A stretch of 57,061 nucleotides of DNA from positions 1-57,061 of the forward strand of contig JBEKTQ010000027.1 of NCBI GenBank assembly GCA_049515895.1. The letters run 5' to 3'. The notes under the pieces are model-generated. The model saw only the letters and a list, made by a program, of their open reading frames with translations, was not told the DNA's origin and made no database searches. Origin of the DNA: Candidatus Bathyarchaeia archaeon. Its GTDB lineage: Archaea; Thermoproteota; Bathyarchaeia; Bathyarchaeales; Bathycorpusculaceae. Shown here piece after piece: positions 49,973 to 57,061 of the stretch. Each line of letters starts with the position of its first letter. Within the stretch, counting starts at the first letter, position 1. Both the position numbers and the translations under genes were made by a program.

Positions 49973-50015
49973 AAAGGCGGGTTCGATGGGAACCGATGCT
50001 GAACGACCGCCTTTG
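49973..50015 (-). repeat. tRNA-3'-end-like att remnant, copy B (hairpin-forming)
   Basis: AAAGGCGG...CCGCCTTT inverted ends; minus strand GGTTCCCATCGAACCCGCC; homologous to 41313-41350. Confidence 0.5.
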
Positions 50016-50366
50016 TAATGTTAATTTCCCTCTTTTTCTTAAAAGCAGGTCAAAAAACAATATTTAATGGCACTATTGGAGCTTTTAAATAAGCCATAAC
50101 TGCATTATCGAGTTATCGTAGATTAAAAAATTTTGTATTTTTGTCAAATTCACTAAGGATAACAATTGAAATGATGTAAGCAAAGACAGAGCAATTCCAT
50201 TTTAGAACACTCGCATCGTAGTTCCTACGTAATGTCCCACCAAAACCCTCCCAAAAACCGCTTCGCTTGTGAGAGCGACACTTTCAGGAGATGGCTTTTG
50301 GAAAACAAACAAACAAGCAATTTGAACTTTTATATATACGAAAAGCTGATAGAATTTCAGGTTGAT

Positions 50367-52085
50367 TTGGAGAGTATGACAACTATCATAAATCTTCTTG
50401 AGCGTATAAAAAATGGCGAAATAGTACTTCCTGCAATTCAACGAGATTTCGTGTGGCCTGAAAATAAAATTGAAAAGTTACTTGATTCGGTAATGAGAGG
50501 ATATCCCATAGGCATTGTCTTTCTGTGGGAAACATACAATGATGTTCAATACAGAGATTTCGCTTTAGATTATTTGTCAGATTCAAGATTTGTTTTTCAC
50601 GATAATGAAAAACAAAAAAGACTAAATTTGGTCTTAGATGGTCAACAACGACTTCAATCATTGTATGTTGCTTTGTACGGGACGCATGAGGGTAAAGATT
50701 GCTATTTTGACGTTCTGAGTGGTCGAGAGACTGAAGATTTCCGGGAGGACAAATATGTTTTTAGCTTTTTAGCTGCAGAACAAGCGAAACAATTGAACGA
50801 CTTTTTTGTATCTAGTTCTCAGGAGAAGGAGGTCAGAGAAGGCGACAAGTATGAACCTTCTTATTATTACAAAACTAAAGATTTGCTTACAATGGGAGCC
50901 AGAGAAACCCAACAATTACAAATTGAACTCGGCAAGAAACTTGGCCTAACAGAAGAAGACCAGTTGAGACTAAATCTGAATTTTAACCTCCTGCGCAATA
51001 CATTTGCTTCAGAGCCTCAAATTTTAACAGCGACAATACTGGATGAAAACAAACCTAAAGATAGCCCTGACCGAAAATCAGAATCTGATGTATTGGAAGC
51101 ATTCGTGAGAATTAATCGAGAAGGGACTCCATTAACTAGGTCCGACCTGATATTTTCTATGCTGAAATTGACTTGGAAGGAATCAGCGAGATCTTTGCCA
51201 GACTTCGTGGACAACATAAATAAGGGCAACAATTTTGAGTTAGATTCAGACTTTGTGATTCGGTGCTTATTTGCTGTTTCCGATTTGGGTACAAAGTTTG
51301 ACGTTGACTTATTGAGAAAAAAATCTAATGTTCAAGCCATTAGGGGAAATTTCAATAAATGTTGTGATGCGATATCCTCTACTTTTGATTTTGTGCAAGA
51401 CGACTGTTGGATCTTGAGCAGCAGACTTCTTGGAGGATACTATAATCTTGTCCCAATAGTCTATTACTTGTTCCATGCGAAAAGCCACCAAGTACCTATA
51501 AACGAAGTTGAAAATGTCCGTAAAGCCGTCTACATTTTTGGTTTTACGTCGCCGTTCTCCAGGTACGCGGACAGCAGACTTGGAGGAATCATACGCAATG
51601 CACTGAAACCTACTATTGAAAGAAACGACACGAGATTTCCACTGAAACTAGCAATTTCGTGGGTCAAATATTGGGAGAATATTACAGATTATGGTCCGGC
51701 GCTTCTTCAGAATAATCCATTACTCACCTTGCACTTAGTTCAAAGACGTTCAGGCGCGAAAGTGCATTATGATAAGAATACTCCTCAGATTGACCACATT
51801 TTTCCAGCATCAGTCTTACGAGGCATGGGATATGATGAGATGACAATAAACAATTTTGCTAATTTCTGGATATTGGCAAAAAACCTGAATCAAAATGATA
51901 AGCGTGCGAAGGACCCAGCAACGTACTTCGCCAATGTTGATGATTCAATCCTTTCGGAAGCATTCATCGACCGAAAGCTGCTAGATTACGGCTCATTCAC
52001 AACATTCCTTGCAAAACGACAACAAGCTATCTTAGATCACGTCAAAAGAGAATTGAAAATTACAAGTGCTGATTTCATAACTTAA
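50367..52085 (+). CDS. GmrSD-like (DUF262 + DUF1524/HNH) restriction endonuclease
   Basis: LPAIQRDFVW, LDGQQRL, FVRINREG..L, IDHIFP..NFANF..LN; start 50367 TTG or 50376 ATG. Confidence 0.9.
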   Translation: MESMTTIINLLERIKNGEIVLPAIQRDFVWPENKIEKLLDSVMRGYPIGIVFLWETYNDVQYRDFALDYLSDSRFVFHDNEKQKRLNLVLDGQQRLQSLYVALYGTHEGKDCYFDVLSGRETEDFREDKYVFSFLAAEQAKQLNDFFVSSSQEKEVREGDKYEPSYYYKTKDLLTMGARETQQLQIELGKKLGLTEEDQLRLNLNFNLLRNTFASEPQILTATILDENKPKDSPDRKSESDVLEAFVRINREGTPLTRSDLIFSMLKLTWKESARSLPDFVDNINKGNNFELDSDFVIRCLFAVSDLGTKFDVDLLRKKSNVQAIRGNFNKCCDAISSTFDFVQDDCWILSSRLLGGYYNLVPIVYYLFHAKSHQVPINEVENVRKAVYIFGFTSPFSRYADSRLGGIIRNALKPTIERNDTRFPLKLAISWVKYWENITDYGPALLQNNPLLTLHLVQRRSGAKVHYDKNTPQIDHIFPASVLRGMGYDEMTINNFANFWILAKNLNQNDKRAKDPATYFANVDDSILSEAFIDRKLLDYGSFTTFLAKRQQAILDHVKRELKITSADFIT

Positions 52086-52158
52086 CTTGTTCTTTTTTCT
52101 TTTTTTGTAGACTTGACTAAGAAGCAGCGAAAAGCACAAGTAATATCAAATGTGTCGT

Positions 52159-52685
52159 TCAAGTTAACCCATACTCTTTTCCTTGTTCAATCTCCTGCAT
52201 TTGGCTGCAGAATGTTTTGAACAATCGTTGATTCTCTGTATGGACTGGAAAAGCCTTCTTGGGTTGAATTTCATTGACCACTTCGACCAATTGTTCCTTG
52301 CTCATATGCCCTGATGCATGAACTTGATGGAAGTGCATTTTAAAGTGGTCAAGCCAATTATGCATGACTCGGTCTTCAATATCTTCCTCGCTAAACGGTT
52401 CACTCATACTGTGGATAAACTCGCTTCCTGCTTTTGGTTTTATATCAATAAGTTCAGCAAACTGGTAGAAGTCCAAGTCCATTATGAGTTTGCCTTGATT
52501 CCTGTAAACATACTTACAGTCAACCATCTTATTCATGAACTTGCGTTCCCAAGCGAAATAATCCTTCTCATCGTAAGTCCCAGACTTCTTTTTCTTGTAA
52601 TACACGCGAATGCAATCATCTTTAAGCGGGTCTGGAACGTTTAGGTGCTCATCTCCCAAAAGTTTGGTCAAGAGGTAAGCAGATT
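52159..52685 (-). pseudogene. C-terminal fragment of an MBL/beta-CASP RNase J-like hydrolase
   Basis: FIHSMSEPF, VHASGH, PVHTE present; N-terminal HxHxDH half absent. Confidence 0.8.
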
Positions 52686-52956
52686 CCAATAATCTCTCCA
52701 ACGCCCACGAAACCTTCGCCAACACCAGAGTTTCCTACTTTTATTGCCGCTGCAATGGTTTTCATAGCATCAACAGCAGGAATATTATTCTGCAAAAAGA
52801 AAAGCATACCAAACTCTAACTATAAGGATTTAAAGAATTGATAAACTATAAGATGAGAGGCAGACTGTATCTAAAATTTTGTGAAGTTAAGGCAGTCCAA
52901 GATTTCAAAGAACGAAAAATTCTAAGGCAAAAACTCTAAGGCAAGTTTTTGTTTCA

Positions 52957-53748
52957 TCATTCTTTAAGTCCTAGTATATGAGCGATGTATCTGCCTGATT
53001 CGGTTACGTCGATGTAGTTTAGCCGACCAAGCTTTTCTCTTGTAATGTAACCATTTTTCTCGAGTTTGCTCAAGACGGCTTTGTTAAGGTTTACAAGATT
53101 CTTTTGTTGAGCCTTTCGCCTTTTTCCTTGCTCAATCTTGCCTTCATCCTCAAAGAGCTCTATCTTCTTCGAGACGAGAAGCTTAACAATCTCATCGGTT
53201 CGCATATGTTTGCCCTTCAAACATAGATTGACTAATACTATTCTGCCCATGACGTCAGGCAAGCTTATTTGGAAATTCTGAATAAGTTTAAGGTTCAATT
53301 TATCGCAAACACTTAATCCGTGGAGATTCTCTTCTTCAGCTGTGCTCGGATATCCATCGGCTGATACATAATACACTTTAGCATTATGAGCCATCCCAGC
53401 TAGACTTGCACCTAAAGAGGTTAGTTTACCTGCAGCAGACATGTTAACATAGACATCATTTCCTTTACTCTTTTCAAGCCTAACAAGCTCGGCCACTCTC
53501 TTCATTACTTTCAAAATATCGAAAATATCTATGGTCGTCTCTAAGTAGACATCTATGCCCTTCTCTTTCAGAGCGTTTTCAACGGCTTTATTGTAGTACT
53601 CTTGTTTGCGGTTCATTTCTTTTGGATAATCTGAGCTTAAAGTGGTGAGAAGATAGACTCGATTTGCCTTGAACCTTTCAAATGGTTTTACAGCTCTATC
53701 TATTTCAAACCCTAATGGAATAATGTGGACGTTTTCTCCAAAGTCCAA
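52957..53748 (-). CDS. DUF6293 / HFX_2341-like CARF-related wHTH regulator
   Basis: VHIIPLGFEIDR, YVNMSAAGKL, C-terminal LSKLEKNGYI..VTESG. Confidence 0.8.
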   Translation of the reverse strand: MDFGENVHIIPLGFEIDRAVKPFERFKANRVYLLTTLSSDYPKEMNRKQEYYNKAVENALKEKGIDVYLETTIDIFDILKVMKRVAELVRLEKSKGNDVYVNMSAAGKLTSLGASLAGMAHNAKVYYVSADGYPSTAEEENLHGLSVCDKLNLKLIQNFQISLPDVMGRIVLVNLCLKGKHMRTDEIVKLLVSKKIELFEDEGKIEQGKRRKAQQKNLVNLNKAVLSKLEKNGYITREKLGRLNYIDVTESGRYIAHILGLKE

Positions 53749-53849
53749 TTAAATCACCCAATGTTAAACTTGTTTAACTCGTTTTGTTCGTTTTCCAAGA
53801 CACTGCTATCTTGCCTGATTTCGTTAATTAAATTATTGGAGGAAAAAAA

Positions 53850-54193
53850 ATGCAAAAAAACATCAACCCATTTGACCGTAAGCTACCACAAATATCAGGC
53901 AGGAAATTGGTCGAAATACTGTGCAATGGCTTTGGCTGCCAAGTGATTAACATCCGAGGAAGTCACTTTACGTTAACCCGCAGGATTCACCTATCCAAAA
54001 TTTTTTTGTCGTACCAATGCACCAAAAAATAGAGACTGGAACACTTAGCAGAATTCTGAGAAATTCGGGCATAACTAGAACTGAATTCTTTGAATACTTT
54101 CTTCAACTATCTGGAAAAAAGAGTACTCCGAAAATTAAACCATCAAACTCTTATGGAGGTGAAAACTATTGGACTCAATCGAATTCTCAGTAG
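53850..54193 (+). pseudogene. hicA: HicA-family toxin with a -1 frameshift near 53980
   Basis: KLPQISGRKLVEIL..GF..RGSHFTL in one frame; VVPMH..IETGTLSRILRNSGITRTEF in the next. Confidence 0.8.
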
Positions 54194-54522
54194 ATGGTTT
54201 TCCACCAGCATACGACTCAGCACTTTCAATTTCGAACAAGAACCACAAACGTTACCCATTGGTAGTAAAATTGCAAGAGGTAGCGAGAGCTGCAATGAAT
54301 GGAAATGAACTAATCCAAGGAGACTTAAAAATGGAAGTTAAGTGTGAAGCAACTTTGGAACATATGGGAACAGATTGCATTAACCTGATAGGTGGAATCG
54401 GAAACAGTCTTCAAGGAGTTATTTACTCAAACGACAATCAGATAAAAGGAATACACTTCAAGCAACTTCTTTCCAATCAAAATCGATACACCATCAGAAT
54501 AAGCAAAGTTGGGCATTATTAA
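54169..54522 (+). CDS. RusA-like fold protein with a degenerate active site
   Basis: GGAGGTGA SD; DCINLIGGIGNSLQGVIYSNDNQI resembles RusA DxDN..K..DAL.G..Y.DDxQI. Confidence 0.65.
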   Translation: MDSIEFSVDGFPPAYDSALSISNKNHKRYPLVVKLQEVARAAMNGNELIQGDLKMEVKCEATLEHMGTDCINLIGGIGNSLQGVIYSNDNQIKGIHFKQLLSNQNRYTIRISKVGHY

Positions 54523-54697
54523 GATTCAATCAATCTTGAATCAACGCTTAACCTTTTTTTAATATTACTACTGAACAAACACTAACCAGATTACATATGC
54601 CAAAAGATAACTTCGATGAGCTATGGATCAACTGCAGATTCCGTTAACAAAATTATTATAATGCACCTTTCAAATAACAATCAGCAAGGTGCATACT

Positions 54698-55474
54698 TTG
54701 AAGCAATTCGTAATTACTCCAGCGGCGGGAAAACGTTTAATTGCCAAAACCTTGGCGAACCACCCTGCAGTAAGAAAAGCGCTCAAAAGCGGGACACTTG
54801 TTATTGTCGCTGGAACAACCAACGGGTACGTAGCTGAAGAAATACTAAAAACGCACCGGATCGCGGCTGATTTCTCGAGGAAACATTTTTTCCGGGGCAT
54901 AACCTTGCCTTCAAAAAGATCCGTGACTGGAACGGGTCGATTGCCCGACGTGAGCGCTTTCCCGGGTGATGTTGTGATAGTTAATGGTGTTTGGCAAAAA
55001 GGCAAGTCGATTGAAGATGTCGTTGACTCTCTTAGGGAGGGCGACGTCATCTTGAAGGGTGCAAACGCCCTGGATTTAAATCGTAAACAAGCCGCGATTT
55101 TGATTGGTCACCCGAAGGCTGGAACCATAGGTTTAGCTTTGCCAGCGGTTGTCGGTCGCCGGGTAAAACTCATCATACCCGTGGGCTTGGAGAAACGGGT
55201 GAACGGCGATTTATTTGCGCTTGCTGAGAAGCTTAACGCGCCCGGTGCTGGCGGAAGCCGTTTGCTGCCGGTTCCCGGAGAAGTGTTCACCGAGCTTGAT
55301 GCGTTGGCTGCTTTAACTGGCGCATGTGTTGAGTTGATTGCTTCCGGCGGAGTCTGCGGCGCAGAGGGGGCATGCTGGCTTGCAGTCACCGGCAACGAAG
55401 AACAAGAAGAATACGCCGAACAAATATTCGCTTCAGTAGCCAATGAACCAGCGTTCGGATTAGAAAACATATAG
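54698..55474 (+). CDS. Conserved hypothetical protein
   Basis: AAGGTG SD; [43 protein letters not shown]. Confidence 0.85.
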   Translation: MKQFVITPAAGKRLIAKTLANHPAVRKALKSGTLVIVAGTTNGYVAEEILKTHRIAADFSRKHFFRGITLPSKRSVTGTGRLPDVSAFPGDVVIVNGVWQKGKSIEDVVDSLREGDVILKGANALDLNRKQAAILIGHPKAGTIGLALPAVVGRRVKLIIPVGLEKRVNGDLFALAEKLNAPGAGGSRLLPVPGEVFTELDALAALTGACVELIASGGVCGAEGACWLAVTGNEEQEEYAEQIFASVANEPAFGLENI

Positions 55475-55499
55475 TTTCCAGAAGAACCTTATTTTGCCG

Positions 55500-55731
55500 T
55501 TAGTGGTTTGAAAATTCTTGTGTGTCATGTCTAACTTTTTGTCGTGAACTACTTCTTAAAACCAAAAAGAATTTCCCTGGTGGCTCAAACTGTATCTCCC
55601 TGTTTTTCCAGAGTAACTCGTGGCAATCTGCGCAATAACACTTCTCGACATCGTTCACAATAATAAAATAATACTTTTTATTCCCACATTTCTTTGCAGG
55701 GCTTTTTTCTTGTTAGTGTGGTTGCGGTCAT
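55500..55731 (-). pseudogene. Zinc-ribbon microprotein with a +1 frameshift
   Basis: Removing one A near 55694 gives MTATTLTRKKPCKKCGNKKYYFIIVNDVEKCYCADCHELLW...; span 232 nt. Confidence 0.5.
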
Positions 55732-56083
55732 TTACCGCTTAGGTTTTAGAGATTTTTTCGTTTTGTGTGAGGGGTCATCCACTTGTTTTTTCCTTTGAGT
55801 TTGGGATTAAATTTTAATTTAGCCCGCAAGTTTACGGGTTTCCCAAATTTAGTTTAAACCTCACCGATTAAGAGTAAGTTGTCCTGCCATTTGTGGTCTT
55901 CGGCAAATTTGGCATGGCTTCAGCATCAATTCAAAAACTCTTGGCCTAATCAACACAGATTTCTTCCTTTTGGCTGGATGGATTAAGGTGATATTCTGGA
56001 TTCAGTTTTTAAATATATTTTAGAAAATCATAAGAATCTTAAATACAGATGCGGGTAAATATACATATGCGTCGCGGTCGCGG

Positions 56084-56869
56084 ATGTCAAACGATGAAAA
56101 CACGGATCTTCTACTCGGTCTGGGTTTAACTCTTAATCAGGCAAGGGTGTACTTAGCAATACTTAAGTTGGAAAAAACTACGGTGGGACAGGTAGCAAAG
56201 TTTTCAAAAGTGCGCAGGGAAGACGTCTATAGAGTTCTGCCGTCACTCGAAAAAATGGGCTTGATCGAAAGATTGATGGGTAAACCAACTGAGATCAGGG
56301 CCACTCTTATTTCGGATTCCTTAAATTCGCTAGTGATGGAAGAAAAAAATAGATCCGAAGAACGGTTGTCGGATATGAGAAGCAGGGTCCAGAAGTTATC
56401 CCTCAAAGATTGGAAGCAGCCGCCTCCTGGAGAAGGAAGCATCTATATTCTGATAGCAGAAAAGAAAGCAATTTTGGCAAAGACTTCAGAACTAGTTGGA
56501 AACTCGAGAAACGAAGCTGCACTGATCGCAGACAAAGCGAGGATCCTACCGATTTTGTATCAGTTTTCAGATGAATACAAGCATGCAATAAAGAAAGGTG
56601 CACAGATTCGAATAATTTTTGAAGGAGAAAGCCCGGACGGTTTGCTCAACGACAAAGTGAAAAAACTTATCGGATGCGCTTCGGTTAGCGTCAAGTTTCA
56701 TCGTGAAGCCTTGAATCACTTCATAATGTCTGATGACAAAGAAGCATTGATTACTACTTCCAAAGAAAGCGGATTAGGCGAAAGCCCTTCTTTATGGACA
56801 AACAACAGCAACCTTATAGGCGTACTCAGAACAAGTTTTGAATCCGACTGGAAAAAAGCTGAAGACTAA
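56084..56869 (+). CDS. TrmB-family transcriptional regulator
   Basis: LGLTLNQARVYLAIL..VRREDVYRVL..LEKMGLI; C-terminal effector domain. Confidence 0.9.
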   Translation: MSNDENTDLLLGLGLTLNQARVYLAILKLEKTTVGQVAKFSKVRREDVYRVLPSLEKMGLIERLMGKPTEIRATLISDSLNSLVMEEKNRSEERLSDMRSRVQKLSLKDWKQPPPGEGSIYILIAEKKAILAKTSELVGNSRNEAALIADKARILPILYQFSDEYKHAIKKGAQIRIIFEGESPDGLLNDKVKKLIGCASVSVKFHREALNHFIMSDDKEALITTSKESGLGESPSLWTNNSNLIGVLRTSFESDWKKAED

Positions 56870-57061
56870 AGCGTGCGCAGATAGCTATCCTCTCACATCG
56901 CCCTACGTTGAACATGCACTTTCGAAGAATGTTTCAAATAACTTTGCGCAAGCCTTAGGGTTAATTCTGACATTAGCTAAATTGTTGAAAAACTTATCTC
57001 GATGAGGGGCGGTATATGTCAAACGGGACAGATCTGTGGGTGTTGCACCACAGTCACACAC

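Larger units (their letters stand above)
40290..54550. mobile_element. Accessory TA/defence island with proviral remnants (boundaries approximate; no integrase in window)
   Basis: Dense TA pairs, pseudogenes, tRNA-3'-like fragments, terminase fragment, GmrSD; abrupt switch from core genes. Confidence 0.65.

Noticed and set aside
40656-54522. Classical integron with attC sites
   Set aside because: No intI, mixed gene orientations, and no convincing RYYYAAC...GTTRRRY paired sites seen by eye
57016-57061. Possible gene start MSNGTDL at the window edge
   Set aside because: Only 15 codons visible; cannot be supported

Overview
Archaeal chromosome segment, most likely Bathyarchaeia. The taxonomy is an inference from radA, Rqc2/NEMF, tungsten AOR, TrmB, GGTGA/GGAGG Shine-Dalgarno motifs and overall gene content. 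Positions 1-40290 are mostly core/metabolic: a PPi-dependent carbohydrate and glycogen cluster (ppdK, GH13 branching enzyme, GT4, PPi-PFK), a PLP-enzyme/DUF1611/PP-loop (MurL-like)/GNAT cluster, membrane glycosyltransferases, NfeD, LsrF-like aldolase plus Zn-ADH, msrB, radA, an EMC6-like protein, Rqc2, AOR and peptidases. Positions ~40290-54550 are an accessory island. It opens with a duplicated leader plus 10-bp-periodic repeat arrays and carries six toxin-antitoxin-type modules (several toxins frameshifted), duplicated microproteins, degenerate tRNA-3'-end att-like sites, a terminase C-terminal remnant, a GmrSD-like nuclease, a truncated RNase J-like gene and a DUF6293-like regulator. The best candidates for undescribed systems are (i) a possible D-amino-acid/N-acyl-glutamate pathway pairing a DgcN-like DUF1611 protein with a MurL-like ATP-dependent epimerase, (ii) a TA/defence island punctuated by tRNA-end-derived sites, and (iii) the phased 10-bp arrays, whose AGTCAA core recurs upstream of radA. 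No intact rRNA, tRNA or CRISPR array was seen. All family calls are by motif recognition, not database search.
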